Source: Candidatus Limnocylindrales bacterium (GTDB lineage: Bacteria > Chloroflexota > Limnocylindria > Limnocylindrales > CSP1-4). Taken from it: a stretch of DNA of 52,054 nt. The notes under the pieces are model-generated. The model worked only from the letters and a program-made list of their open reading frames with translations, was not told the origin of the DNA and did no database searches. The position numbers were made by a program, and so were the translations under genes. How positions within the stretch are numbered: position 1 is the stretch's first letter; the number at the start of each line of letters is the position of its first letter. Location: positions 1-52,054 of the forward strand of contig JANWLH010000128.1 of NCBI GenBank assembly GCA_025450915.1, in the 5' to 3' direction. Shown one piece after another: positions 18,258 through 31,840 of this stretch.

Positions 18258-19799
18258 GTGAGCGACGCGACAACCGACGATCCAGCGGGCCAGGGACCCC
18301 TCCCGGGCGGCACCGCCGCGTCCGCCCCGCCGGCCCCCGACGCTCAGCCCGTCCCCCCCGGCGCCTCCGCCGGCCAGCCGGTGCCCGAGGTCGATCTCGG
18401 CCGGCGGTTCTTCTTCCGCCAGTTCGCCGCCGAGGTGATCCACTCGGCAGCGACCGCCGCCGGGGCCGCCGGGGCCCTCCAGCGCGCCGCGACCGACGCC
18501 GCCGGGGCGCTGCTCAATCCGGAGTCCGCGTTCGGCAACAACCAGGCGCCGACGACGGTCAACCCGATGCTCGCCGCGACGCGCCTGTTCGAGCCGACGC
18601 CCGCCCTGGTCAACCCGGCTCCCGGCGAATCGCGCGGCTTCCGGACGGCCTTCCGGATGGACCACGATCGGATCCTGTTCATCGACCAGCGCAAGCTGCC
18701 GGGCGAGCTCGTCGAGTACTCCTGCGCCGATGGTCCCGAGGTGGCTGTCGCGATCCGCGAGATGGTCGTGCGCGGTGCGCCCGCTCTCGGTCAGGCCGCG
18801 GCCTATGGCCTGGCGCTGACCGCCCAGCATTCGCGAGACCGCGCGAATCCCGAACGTCGTGCCCGGATCCGCGGTGCCGCGACCGAGCTCCGGGCAAGCC
18901 GCCCGACGGCGGTGAACATCGCCTGGGCACTCGACCGGATGCTTGCCCGAATCGAGCGGCTTGGCGACCTCGCCGACAACGGTGACGTCGTCGCCGGCGT
19001 CCTGCGGGTCGAGGCCGACGCGATCTGCGCCGAGGCGACCCGCGATCACGGCGCCCTGGCCGATTTCGGCCTCGCCCTGCTGCCCCAGACGCCCGGCCGC
19101 GAGCTGCGCCTCCTCACCCATTGCAACACCGGGCCGCTGGCCTGCGGCCAGTTCGGGACGGCGCTGGGCATCGTCCAGGCCGCCTGGGCCGCGAACCGGC
19201 AGCTCGAGGTCTTCGTCGACGAGACCCGGCCCTACCTCCAGGGCGCCCGGCTGACAGCCTGGGAGCTCGTCCAGGCCGGCGTCCCCTACACGCTCATCGC
19301 CGACGGTGCCGCCGGCTCGCTGCTTGCCTCGGGCCAGGTCGACGCGGTCCTCGTCGGCGCCGACCGGATCGCCGCGAATGGCGATACCGCCAACAAGATC
19401 GGGACCTACCCGCTGGCCGTCCTGGCCGCCCGCCACCGGGTGCCGTTCTACGTCTGCGCGCCGCTCAGCTCGGTCGACATGGCCACCTCCGAGGGGTCGA
19501 TGATCCCGATCGAGATGCGCTCCGAGGACGAGGTCTTCAGCTTCGCCGGCGTGCGCACCGCCCCGCGCTTCGGCAAGGCCTGGAATCCGGCCTTCGACGT
19601 GACGCCCGCGTCGCTGATCAGCGCGATCGTGACCGAGGAGGGCGCCCTGCGAGCCCCGTTCGGTCCGGCCCTCGAGGCAGCGGTTGGCGCGAAGGCCGAG
19701 CATGATGCGGCGGCCCGCCTCGCCCAGTACGCGACGCCCGCCACCGTCCCGATGCAGCCCGCGAACTCGCCGGCCGACCCGCCCGGGGTGGTCGCCTGA
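18258..19799 (+). CDS. mtnA: S-methyl-5-thioribose-1-phosphate isomerase with long N-terminal extension
   Basis: DQRKLP, MVVRGAPA, SRPTAVN, LTHCNTG, ETRPYLQGARLT, GADRIAANGDTANKIGTY and NPAFDVTP. Confidence 0.94.
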   Translation: MSDATTDDPAGQGPLPGGTAASAPPAPDAQPVPPGASAGQPVPEVDLGRRFFFRQFAAEVIHSAATAAGAAGALQRAATDAAGALLNPESAFGNNQAPTTVNPMLAATRLFEPTPALVNPAPGESRGFRTAFRMDHDRILFIDQRKLPGELVEYSCADGPEVAVAIREMVVRGAPALGQAAAYGLALTAQHSRDRANPERRARIRGAATELRASRPTAVNIAWALDRMLARIERLGDLADNGDVVAGVLRVEADAICAEATRDHGALADFGLALLPQTPGRELRLLTHCNTGPLACGQFGTALGIVQAAWAANRQLEVFVDETRPYLQGARLTAWELVQAGVPYTLIADGAAGSLLASGQVDAVLVGADRIAANGDTANKIGTYPLAVLAARHRVPFYVCAPLSSVDMATSEGSMIPIEMRSEDEVFSFAGVRTAPRFGKAWNPAFDVTPASLISAIVTEEGALRAPFGPALEAAVGAKAEHDAAARLAQYATPATVPMQPANSPADPPGVVA

Positions 19800-20668
19800 T
19801 GGCCAGCATCGTCGTCTCGCGGCGGGACACCGGCCTGGTCACCCGGACCACGACCGACCGTGTCCTGCTCCGCCAGTTCCTCGAGCACGATCGCCTGTTC
19901 GCGGCCTATGCGATCTGCGATCTCGATGACCGCGAGTTCAGCCGCACCCGCTGGGGTGGGGCGTTCGTCGGCACCGACCTCGTCGCCGTGGCCCTCGAAT
20001 ACGCCGGCCTGTCGCCCCAGCCGCTGTTCGTGATGGGCCGCAACGACGGGATCGAGGCCGCGCTGCGCGACCTCGTCAAGCCGCGCGCTGCCTACGTGGC
20101 GGCCCTGCCGGCGGCGATGCCGGCCGTCGAGACGAGCTATCGCGTCGATCCGGGCCCGCAGATGGTCCGGATGTGGGTCGATCGGTCCACGTTCCGGCCC
20201 TATCCCGCCGACACCCGTCGCCTGCTGCCGATCGAGGTCGGCGACCTGAACCGGCTCTACCAGCTCGGCTTTGCCTCGTGGCTCGGCTCCGGCGCGATCG
20301 CGAGCGGCGTCTACTACGGCGTCCGAGTCAACGGCCGGCTCGTCGCCGCGGCCGGCACCCACGTCGTCAGCGCGTCAGCCCGGCTGGCCGTCGTCGGCAA
20401 CGTCCTGACCCAGGCCGAGTACCGCGGCCGGGGCTACGCGACGGCGACCACCGGCGCGGTCACCGCCGAGCTGCTGCGCTTCTGCGACCAGGTGGTCCTC
20501 AACGTCCGGGCGGACAATCCGCCCGCTCTCCAGGCCTATCGCCGGCTCGGCTACCAGGAGCACGTCCGGTTCGAAGAGCGGCTCATCCACCGGGTCGGGA
20601 CGTCCTGGCCGAGCCTGCCCGGGCCGCTCCGACGCTTCCTCTCACCCCGCAAGGAGACCGATCTCTGA
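19799..20668 (+). CDS. GNAT family N-acetyltransferase (FR47-like C-domain)
   Basis: [16 protein letters not shown] acetyl-CoA motif and [13 protein letters not shown]; start and stop overlap mtnA and ahcY. Confidence 0.88.
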   Translation: MASIVVSRRDTGLVTRTTTDRVLLRQFLEHDRLFAAYAICDLDDREFSRTRWGGAFVGTDLVAVALEYAGLSPQPLFVMGRNDGIEAALRDLVKPRAAYVAALPAAMPAVETSYRVDPGPQMVRMWVDRSTFRPYPADTRRLLPIEVGDLNRLYQLGFASWLGSGAIASGVYYGVRVNGRLVAAAGTHVVSASARLAVVGNVLTQAEYRGRGYATATTGAVTAELLRFCDQVVLNVRADNPPALQAYRRLGYQEHVRFEERLIHRVGTSWPSLPGPLRRFLSPRKETDL

Positions 20669-21948
20669 TGACAGCCCCCACCACGCAGCTTCCGGCGCAC
20701 GACGTCGTCGACCTCGGCCTGGCCGGCGAAGGCGTTCGGCGGATCGAATGGGCGGCTCGAGAGATGCCGGTCCTGCGCCTGATCAGCGAGCGCTTCGAGC
20801 GTGAGAAGCCGCTCGACGGCCTGCGCATCGGCGCCTGCCTCCACGTCACCACCGAGACAGCCAACCTGATGCGGGCGCTCAAGGCCGGCGGAGCCGAGGT
20901 CACCCTGGCGGCGTCGAACCCGCTCTCGACGAAGGACGATGTCGCCGCGGCCCTGGTTGCCGCCTACGGGATCAGCTGCTACGCCCGCCACGGTGAAGAC
21001 CGCGACACCTACTACGGCCATCTCAACAAGGTCGCCGACACCCATCCGCAGATAACGATGGACGATGGCTGCGACCTCGTCGGGCTGCTTCATGAGCAGC
21101 GGCCCGAGCAGCTCAAGGAGGTCCTGGCCGGCACCGAGGAGACGACGACCGGCGTGATCCGGCTCAAGGCGATGGCCGCCGACGGCGCCCTCCGCTTCCC
21201 GGTCGTCGCCGTCAACGAGGCCCAGACGAAGCACCTCTTCGACAACCGCTACGGAACGGGCCAGTCGACCCTCGACGGGATCCTCCGGGCGACGAACATC
21301 CTCATCGCGGGACGCCAGGTCGTCGTCGCCGGCTACGGCTGGGTGGGCAAGGGGATCGCGGCGCGGATGGCCGGCCACGGCGCCCACGTCGCGGTCATCG
21401 AGGTCGATCCGATCCGTGCGCTCGAGGCACTGATGGACGGCTTCCAGGTGATGACCGCCGAGCAGGCCGCCGGGTGGGGCCAGCTGTTCATCACCGCCAC
21501 GGGCAACGTCAACGTCTTCCGGCGCGAGCACTTCGCCGCGATGCGCGAGGGCGCGATCATGGCCAACTCCGGCCACTTCGACGCCGAGCTCGACCTGGCC
21601 GCCCTGCGCGAGATGGCCGAAGGGCATGTGCGCGAGGTCCGCGACAACGTCCAGGAGTTCGACCTCGGTGGCAAGCGGGTCAACCTGATCGCCGAAGGGC
21701 GGCTCGTCAACCTGGGCGCTGCCGAGGGCCACCCCGCCGCCGTCATGGACATGAGCTTCGCCAACCAGGCGCTCTCGGCGGAGTACGTGGCGCTCCATCA
21801 CGCCGAGCTCGAGGCCCGGGTCTACGTCGTTCCCGAGGCGATCGACGCCGAGGTGGCCCGGCTCAAGCTGGCCGCCCTCGGAATCACCCTCGACCCGATG
21901 ACCCCCGAGCAGGTCGCCTACATAGCCTCCTGGCAGCACGGCACCTGA
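20668..21948 (+). CDS. ahcY: Adenosylhomocysteinase
   Basis: [33 protein letters not shown] and [21 protein letters not shown]. Confidence 0.97.
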   Translation: MTAPTTQLPAHDVVDLGLAGEGVRRIEWAAREMPVLRLISERFEREKPLDGLRIGACLHVTTETANLMRALKAGGAEVTLAASNPLSTKDDVAAALVAAYGISCYARHGEDRDTYYGHLNKVADTHPQITMDDGCDLVGLLHEQRPEQLKEVLAGTEETTTGVIRLKAMAADGALRFPVVAVNEAQTKHLFDNRYGTGQSTLDGILRATNILIAGRQVVVAGYGWVGKGIAARMAGHGAHVAVIEVDPIRALEALMDGFQVMTAEQAAGWGQLFITATGNVNVFRREHFAAMREGAIMANSGHFDAELDLAALREMAEGHVREVRDNVQEFDLGGKRVNLIAEGRLVNLGAAEGHPAAVMDMSFANQALSAEYVALHHAELEARVYVVPEAIDAEVARLKLAALGITLDPMTPEQVAYIASWQHGT

Positions 21949-22076
21949 CGTCCCAGATCGCTGTCCGTCGAGCCGGGCAAGCTCCCGCCACGCTCGATTC
22001 GCGCTCGCTCCATGAGCATTCCGAGGCCAAGCCGACCCACTGACGGCTCGCCGAAGGCTCGCGGCACGAACGGACC

Positions 22077-22922
22077 CTACGGACGGGTCGCGACCAGGCC
22101 GAACGACAACGGCAGCCTCGAGCGCTCCTCGGGGAGGATGTCGGCGTGGCCGCTCCACCAGTCGCGCGGGTATTCCACCAGTCGCTCGATCCGCAGGCCG
22201 GCGCCAGCCACGGCCGTGACGACCTCGCCGAGGGTCCAGGCCCGCGAGAACTTCCAGTGCTGCGCGCCGTCGGGGATCGAGAGGTGGTCGATGAAGCCGG
22301 GCGACCAGCCGCGCGACGCCTCGGGACCGGCGAAGTAGTCGTAATCGGTCAGGGTCCAGTGGCCGTCCTCGTCACCGTCGACGAGCCATTCGAACGGATG
22401 CCCTTCGAACAGGACCAGCCGGCCGCCCGGCACCAACAACCGGGCCACGACCGCGGCCCACGCATCCAGGTCCTGGAGCCACAGCAACGAGCCGCGGCCC
22501 GTGTAGACGAGGCCGGCGCTGCCGTCCAGCGAGTGTGGCGTGTCGAGCACGTCCGCAACGAACCACGTGGCCGGTGCGCCAGTGGCTGCGGTGAGCCGCG
22601 AGGCGAGATCGATCATCCGCGGGCTCAGGTCGATGCCCACGACCTCGCCCGCCCCAAGGCGCCAGAGCGAGAGCGTGTCCCGCCCGCCGGCGCATTGCAG
22701 GTGGATGGCCCGGCGGCAAGCATGGAGGTCGCCCAGCAGCTCCTCCTCCTCCGGGAAGAGGTTGCTCCCGCCGCCACGAATCAGCTCGATGGCTTCCTCG
22801 AGCCAGCCCTCGTAGCGCTCGGCCGCCTCGTCCCAGGCCTTGCCGGTCGCCGCGTGCATCGCCCGAACGTCTGCCGCCTCGGCCGGCGTCGCGGGGCGCA
22901 CATCGGAATCGTCGGCATCCAC
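22077..22922 (-). CDS. Class I SAM-dependent methyltransferase
   Basis: IHLQCAGGRDTLSL, GIDLS, VYTGRGSLLWL and LVPGGRL..FEGHP motifs. Confidence 0.88.
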   Translation of the reverse strand: MDADDSDVRPATPAEAADVRAMHAATGKAWDEAAERYEGWLEEAIELIRGGGSNLFPEEEELLGDLHACRRAIHLQCAGGRDTLSLWRLGAGEVVGIDLSPRMIDLASRLTAATGAPATWFVADVLDTPHSLDGSAGLVYTGRGSLLWLQDLDAWAAVVARLLVPGGRLVLFEGHPFEWLVDGDEDGHWTLTDYDYFAGPEASRGWSPGFIDHLSIPDGAQHWKFSRAWTLGEVVTAVAGAGLRIERLVEYPRDWWSGHADILPEERSRLPLSFGLVATRP

Positions 22923-22947
22923 CTAGCGAGGGTACCGCGCCCGAAGG

Positions 22948-23119
22948 TTGGGACCGATGTCGGCAGGGGACGCATTACGCCCAAGTCCAGGGCCGCGACG
23001 GCCCTCGGGCGGACGCTGGTGGCCGCTTTCGTGCACGGACTCAGCTGCTGATCCGCTGCAGGGCCTCCCCGCCTGCGCCGGCCTGGACGTACCGCGTCTG
23101 ATGACGACAATCGTCCCAA
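22948..23119. repeat. Long imperfect palindrome element, copy E4 (172 bp)
   Basis: Terminal arms 19/26 inverted identity; GTGCAC (23031-23036) exactly at the centre. Confidence 0.8.
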
Positions 23120-23180
23120 GTCGGGCCCGGGAGCTGAGTGGGCGGAGTCGCCGGAGACCCCCGTCGACTGCCCTCAGACG

Positions 23181-23352
23181 TTGGGAAGAATGTCGCCCGC
23201 AGCCGCATTGCGGTGGAGTCAGGGGTCAGCGAGGCCCGTGACAACGTCCACTTCGCCGAGTTCGTGCACGAGCGAGCCGGTTGCCACGCCCGATTCGAGC
23301 CCAATTGGCGAGATCTTGACGGCAACGCGCCTGGGGGCGGCATTCGTACCAG
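23181..23352. repeat. Long imperfect palindrome element, copy E5 (172 bp)
   Basis: Terminal arms 24/31 inverted identity; TTCGTGCACGAG with GTGCAC (23264-23269) exactly at the centre. Left arm resembles that of E4. Confidence 0.82.
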
Positions 23353-23408
23353 GTCAGGCCGGTGGCGGGGGCCGCGGGCCTTGCCGGTGGGCTGGGACGA
23401 ATGCGCTC

Positions 23409-24089
23409 CTAGAAGGCAGGCGACACCGACGGGCCCGGGGCGAGGCCGCTCAGGTCGATCGTCGTGTTGCCGCTGCCGTAGATCCGGTTGCACACCGTGG
23501 CGAGGGCCGCGGAGAGGATCGCGTAGTTCGCGTCGCCGATGTTGTTCGTGTTGTTGGCCGCGTCCATCAGCGCACCGACGCCTGGGACGTCCTCGGCGCT
23601 CACGTCAACGCTGCAGTAGACATCGCCTTTGAGCGCGGCGAACGCAGGCGATTCATTGTTGCTATCCCACATGGCCTTGTCGCCAACTCCTGGCAGCGGG
23701 GCAGGGCTGGCGAACTCCGAGACATCGCTGTCGTACTGGGCCGTCCCGTCCGAGCCGCCCGCGACTTGCACGTCGACGTTCACGCTCGCGTCGGCCGCCT
23801 CGAACCGGCACTCCTGGCCCGTGCCGCTGAGGCCGAACGCGGTGACCGCGACCTGGGTGATCGGCGCGTCGAGCAACGGCTGAACCTGGTCGAATGTGAG
23901 CTGCTTGCACGTGGCGCTCGTGCCGCCCGTCGGTGCGACGGAGGCCCCTGGGGCAGCCGACGAGCCGCCGTCGCTCGACGACCCCGCGGCCGGCGAGCCG
24001 CCGGAGCCTCCCGAGCTGCCTGAGCAGCCGGCGAGGACGACCGCCGCGACGATCAGGCCGGCCGAGCTGGTGCGAACGAAGCGATGCAT
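23409..24089 (-). CDS. Hypothetical lipoprotein (DUF3558-like)
   Basis: AGGAG RBS, LAGC lipobox, S/G linker, paired Cys and LPGVGDKA motif. Confidence 0.72.
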   Translation of the reverse strand: MHRFVRTSSAGLIVAAVVLAGCSGSSGGSGGSPAAGSSSDGGSSAAPGASVAPTGGTSATCKQLTFDQVQPLLDAPITQVAVTAFGLSGTGQECRFEAADASVNVDVQVAGGSDGTAQYDSDVSEFASPAPLPGVGDKAMWDSNNESPAFAALKGDVYCSVDVSAEDVPGVGALMDAANNTNNIGDANYAILSAALATVCNRIYGSGNTTIDLSGLAPGPSVSPAF

Positions 24090-24203
24090 CGGATTCTCCT
24101 GGTGGCAGCGGGCCACTTGAACGGCGCCGATTGCCTCGACGCTCGCCCAAGTTGCGATACGCCGATCGCAATTCGATCGCAGGATCGAATCCGCTACCGT
24201 TGA

Positions 24204-27293
<3,090 letters not shown>

Positions 27294-27295
27294 CG

Positions 27296-29518
27296 ATGCC
27301 GATCGAGTGGGATGCATCCGCGCGCCAGCTCCACCTGCGCAACGACCAGGTCAGCTACCTGATCCGGGTCCTCGAGGACGGCTCGATCGGCCAGCTCCAT
27401 TTCGGTGCGCCGCTCGCCGACGGTCGGTCGTATCGCCATCTTGGGCGGGCCGGGTTCCAGGGCTTCACGAACCGGCTCGACGACCCGATCGCCCTCGAAT
27501 ACCCGACGGCGGGCGGCGGCGATTTCCGGATGCCGGCCCTGGTCGTGGAGCAGGCCGACGGTTCGAGCAGCCTGCGGCTCGAGTATGCGAGCCACCGGAT
27601 CTTCCCCGGAAAGGCGTCGATCGATGGCCTGCCCTCGACCTACGCCGAGTCGGCCGGCGAGGCGACCAGCGTCGAGATCGAGCTCGTCGATCGGCCCAGC
27701 GGCGTGCAGGTCGCGCTGTCGTACACGATCTTCCGCGACGCGCCGATCGTGGCCCGCCACGTCCGGATCCGGAACGGGGGTTCGGCCCGCCTTCGGGTGA
27801 CGACCGCGATGAGCGCCTCGCTCGACCTGCCCGATGACGCGTGGACGCTCGTCCAGCTGAGCGGTGCGTGGGCGCGTGAGCGGCATGTCACCGACAGGCG
27901 GCTGGCTCCCGGCCGCCAGTCGACGGCCAGCCTGCGCGGCGCCAGCGGCCACGAGCACGATCCATCGCTGATCCTGCGCCGCCCGACCACGACCGAGACA
28001 AGCGGCGAAGCGTACGGCCTCAGCCTCGTGTATTCGGGCAACTTCCTGGCCGAAGCGGAGGTCGGGCTGTATGGCACGACCCGTGCCCGGCTCGGGATCA
28101 ACCCGGAAGGGTTTGCCTGGACGCTCGAACCGGGCGCGGATTTCAACACGCCCGAGGCCGTCCTCGCCTGGTCGAACGACGGCCTCGACGGCCTGAGCGC
28201 CGCCTACCACGGGCTCTATCGCGAGCGGCTCGCCCGGGGCTCCTGGCGCGACAGGCCCCGGCCCGTCCTCATCAACAACTGGGAAGGGACGTACTTCGCC
28301 TTCGACGAGCAGAAGCTCGTCGACATCGCGACGGTCGCCCGGGACCTGGGGATCGAGCTCTTCGTCCTCGACGACGGTTGGTTCGGGGCGCGCGACGACG
28401 ACACGTCCTCGCTCGGCGACTGGGTTGTCGACCGGCGCAAGCTGCCCAATGGGATCGACGGCCTGGGCCGCCGGATCGAGGATCTCGGGATGCGCTTCGG
28501 GCTGTGGATCGAGCCCGAGATGGTCAGCGAGAAGAGCCAGCTCTTCGCCGCGCATCCCGACTGGGCGATCGGCGTGGCCGGCCGGCCACGGACGGAGAGC
28601 CGCCAGCAGCTCGTGCTCGACCTCTCCCGGCCCGAGATCGTCGACCACCTGTTCACGGTCATCTCGGAGGTCCTGGCGAGCGCGCCGATCTCGTACGTCA
28701 AATGGGACATGAACCGGAACATCACCGAGCCGGCCAGCCTCGCGTTGCCGGCGGAGCGCCAGGGCGAGTTCTTCCATCGCTACATCCTTGGCCTCTACGA
28801 TCTGTACGGCCGGCTGACCGGAGCGTTCCCCGAGATCCTCTTCGAGTCGTGCGCGGGCGGCGGCGGCCGCTTCGATCCGGGCATGCTGGCGTACGCACCG
28901 CAGGCCTGGACGAGCGACGACACCGACGCGATCGAGCGCCTCCGGATCCAGTGGGGCGCCTCGCTGCTCTACCCGACGAGCTCGATGGGTGCCCACGTCT
29001 CCGCTGTCCCCAATCACCAGACCGGCCGCCGGACGCCAATCGCCACCCGGGCGGCGGTCGCCTTCTTCGGGGTCTTCGGCTACGAGCTCGACGCGACGAG
29101 CCTCTCGGGCGCCGAGCGGGCCGAGGTCGCCGACCAGGTGGCCTTCTACAAGGACCACCGCGAGCTCGTCCAGCGCGGCCGTTTCGTGCGCCTGCGCAGC
29201 CCGTTCGAGGGCGATGGCAACGAGACGGCGTGGATGTCGGTGTCCGATGATCGCCGCCAGGCCGTCGTGGGCTTCTACCAGACGCTGACCCGCCCGAACC
29301 CCGGGGTGAACCGCCTGCGCCTGCGCGAGCTCGACCCGTCCGCGCGCTATCGGATCACCCTCTGGCCGGCCCGCGCCGACACCGTCGAGCGCGACAACGC
29401 CCTGGTCCGGGGCGGTGACGAGCTGACCGAGGTGGGGCTGTTCCTCGACGTCGACCGCCACGAAGTCGCGAATCACGGGGACTACTGGGCCCAGCTCTTC
29501 ATCCTTCGGGCCGAGTAG
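27296..29518 (+). CDS. GH36 alpha-galactosidase
   Basis: [49 protein letters not shown] and WTSDDTD. Confidence 0.95.
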   Translation: MPIEWDASARQLHLRNDQVSYLIRVLEDGSIGQLHFGAPLADGRSYRHLGRAGFQGFTNRLDDPIALEYPTAGGGDFRMPALVVEQADGSSSLRLEYASHRIFPGKASIDGLPSTYAESAGEATSVEIELVDRPSGVQVALSYTIFRDAPIVARHVRIRNGGSARLRVTTAMSASLDLPDDAWTLVQLSGAWARERHVTDRRLAPGRQSTASLRGASGHEHDPSLILRRPTTTETSGEAYGLSLVYSGNFLAEAEVGLYGTTRARLGINPEGFAWTLEPGADFNTPEAVLAWSNDGLDGLSAAYHGLYRERLARGSWRDRPRPVLINNWEGTYFAFDEQKLVDIATVARDLGIELFVLDDGWFGARDDDTSSLGDWVVDRRKLPNGIDGLGRRIEDLGMRFGLWIEPEMVSEKSQLFAAHPDWAIGVAGRPRTESRQQLVLDLSRPEIVDHLFTVISEVLASAPISYVKWDMNRNITEPASLALPAERQGEFFHRYILGLYDLYGRLTGAFPEILFESCAGGGGRFDPGMLAYAPQAWTSDDTDAIERLRIQWGASLLYPTSSMGAHVSAVPNHQTGRRTPIATRAAVAFFGVFGYELDATSLSGAERAEVADQVAFYKDHRELVQRGRFVRLRSPFEGDGNETAWMSVSDDRRQAVVGFYQTLTRPNPGVNRLRLRELDPSARYRITLWPARADTVERDNALVRGGDELTEVGLFLDVDRHEVANHGDYWAQLFILRAE

Positions 29519-29571
29519 GGGCCGGGCCGCAGGGCCCGTGCTACCCTGCCCGGAGCACAGCAGGAGGCCGC

Positions 29572-30768
29572 TTGACCACGATCCTGGACGCCGCCGAATA
29601 CCTCTTCACGTCCGAGTCGGTGACCGAAGGGCATCCCGACAAGATGTGCGACCAGATCAGCGACGCGATCCTCGACGCGATCATTCGCGCGGATCCCAAC
29701 GCCCGGGTCGCCTGCGAGACGGCGACCACCACGGGCCTCGTCGCGGTCCTCGGCGAGATCAGCACGACGACCTACGCCGACTTCCAGCAGATCGTCCGGG
29801 AGACGGTTCGCGAGATCGGCTACACCCGCGCCGAGTACGGCTTCGACTACCAGACCTGCGGCGTCCTGGTCAGCGTCAAGGAGCAGTCGCCGGACATCGC
29901 GATGGGCGTGGACGGACACGAGCTCGGGGCCGGCGACCAGGGGATGATGTTCGGCTTCGCCTGCCGCGAGACGCCCGAGCTGATGCCCCTGCCGATCGCG
30001 CTCGCCCACCGGATGGCCCGGCGGCTTGCCGAGATGCGCAAGACCGGCCAGCTCCCGTACCTGCGCCCGGACGGCAAGACCCAGGTCACCCTCGAGTACG
30101 AGCACGGCGTGCCGCGCCGGGTGAAGACCGTCGTGGTGAGCACCCAGCACGATCCGGACGTGACCGTCGAGCAGATCGGCGACGACATCGCCGAGGCGGT
30201 GATCCTGCCGAGCCTGCCCCGCGAGCTGCGGGCGAGCGACCCGGTCATGCACATCAACCCGACGGGGCGCTTCGTCACCGGTGGCCCGATGGGCGATGCC
30301 GGGCTGACCGGCCGCAAGATCATCGTCGACACGTATGGCGGGATGGCCCGCCACGGCGGCGGCGCGTTCAGCGGCAAGGATCCGACGAAGGTCGACCGGT
30401 CGGCCGCCTATGCCGCCCGCTGGGTCGCGAAGAACGTCGTGGCCGCCGGGCTCGCCGACCGCTTCGAGATCGAAGTCGCCTACGGGATCGGCATCGCCCG
30501 GCCGGTGAGCGTCTCGGTCGAATCGTTCGGGACGGGCAAGATCCCGGACGAGCGGATCCAGCACCTGATCGCCGAGCACTTCGACCTCCGGCCGGCGGCG
30601 ATCATCGAGGCGCTCGACCTGCGCCGGCCGATCTACCGCCAGACGGCCGCGTACGGCCACTTCGGGCGGCCCGACCTCGACCTGCCCTGGGAGCGGACGG
30701 ATCGTGCCGCGCTCCTGGCCGATGCCGCGGGACGCGCCCTGCCGGAGCCCGTCGCCGAGGCAATCTGA
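29572..30768 (+). CDS. metK: S-adenosylmethionine synthetase
   Basis: [19 protein letters not shown] and [16 protein letters not shown]. Confidence 0.98.
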   Translation: MTTILDAAEYLFTSESVTEGHPDKMCDQISDAILDAIIRADPNARVACETATTTGLVAVLGEISTTTYADFQQIVRETVREIGYTRAEYGFDYQTCGVLVSVKEQSPDIAMGVDGHELGAGDQGMMFGFACRETPELMPLPIALAHRMARRLAEMRKTGQLPYLRPDGKTQVTLEYEHGVPRRVKTVVVSTQHDPDVTVEQIGDDIAEAVILPSLPRELRASDPVMHINPTGRFVTGGPMGDAGLTGRKIIVDTYGGMARHGGGAFSGKDPTKVDRSAAYAARWVAKNVVAAGLADRFEIEVAYGIGIARPVSVSVESFGTGKIPDERIQHLIAEHFDLRPAAIIEALDLRRPIYRQTAAYGHFGRPDLDLPWERTDRAALLADAAGRALPEPVAEAI

Positions 30769-30769
30769 C

Positions 30770-31840
30770 CTGTACGCCGTCATCCTGGCCGGCGGCGGAG
30801 GCACCCGCCTGTGGCCGCTGTCGTCACCCGAGCGCCCCAAGCCGTTCCTGCCCCTTCTTGGCGAGCGGACGCTGCTGCAACTGACGGCGGATCGGCTCGA
30901 AGGTCTCGTCGATCCAGACTCGGTCTTCGTCGTGACGGATCAGCGCTACGCGAGGCTCGTCGGTGAGCAGTTGCCGGACGCAACGGTCCTTGCCGAACCA
31001 ATCGGCCGGAACACGGCTCCGGCAATCGCGCTGGCGACCGTCGCGATCGATCGCGCCGACGACGAGGTGATGCTGGTGCTGCCGGCCGATCAGACCGTTG
31101 AGCGGGCAGAAGCCTTCGCGGAGGTGCTCCGCGACGCCGAGCGCGACCTTGCCCGTGGCGCCTTTGGCCTGGCCGCACCGCTCGTGACCCTGGGAGTCCA
31201 GCCGACGCGACCCGCGACCGAGTTCGGCTACCTGATCCCGGACCTCGATCAGCACCAGGCGGGCCGGATCGATGCCTATCGGCTGAAGTCGTTCCAGGAG
31301 AAGCCGAGCATTGATCGCGCGACGGAGCTGCTGGTCCAGCCCGGCGTCGCCTGGAATGCCGGGATGTTCATGTGGCAGCGCCGCGCGATCCGGGCCGCCC
31401 TCCAGGCGTTCGCCTCCCGGTTGCTCGATCCGATCGAGCTCGCTTTCGGCTCCGGCGCGCTCGTGGAGATCTACTCGTCGATCGAGTCGATCTCGATCGA
31501 CTACGCCGTGATGGAGCCTGGGGCGGCTGCCGGCCAGGTGGTGATGGGCTCCATGGATGTCGGCTGGAACGACCTCGGGAGCTGGACGTCACTCCTCGGC
31601 GAGCTGGGGATGCCCAGCATCGAGGCGACGATCGCGCCGGCCGGCGAGCCGTTCGAGGCCGGCGCGGGTGACCTCGCGATCTGGCGGTCGCCCTCCGGTC
31701 GGCTGGCCTCCGCGAGCGGCGTGGACGCTACGATGGTCGAGACGACCGGGCCGGTCGCGATCCTGAGTGGAGCCCACCAGCTCACGGCCCGGATCGACGC
31801 CCTGCTCGCCCGTTGCTCAATCCCGGAGGCTCCTCAGTGA
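30770..31840 (+). CDS. Mannose-1-phosphate guanylyltransferase (nucleotidyltransferase domain only)
   Basis: AVILAGGGGTRLWPLS..PKPF, EPIGRNTAPAI, FQEKP, WNAGMF, SIDYAVME and GWNDLGSW. Start inferred at CTG 30770. Confidence 0.9.
   Translation: MYAVILAGGGGTRLWPLSSPERPKPFLPLLGERTLLQLTADRLEGLVDPDSVFVVTDQRYARLVGEQLPDATVLAEPIGRNTAPAIALATVAIDRADDEVMLVLPADQTVERAEAFAEVLRDAERDLARGAFGLAAPLVTLGVQPTRPATEFGYLIPDLDQHQAGRIDAYRLKSFQEKPSIDRATELLVQPGVAWNAGMFMWQRRAIRAALQAFASRLLDPIELAFGSGALVEIYSSIESISIDYAVMEPGAAAGQVVMGSMDVGWNDLGSWTSLLGELGMPSIEATIAPAGEPFEAGAGDLAIWRSPSGRLASASGVDATMVETTGPVAILSGAHQLTARIDALLARCSIPEAPQ

Noticed and set aside
29519-29571. SAM riboswitch before metK
   Set aside because: The 53-bp gap holds a promoter-like TGCTACCCT and an RBS, leaving no room for an aptamer.
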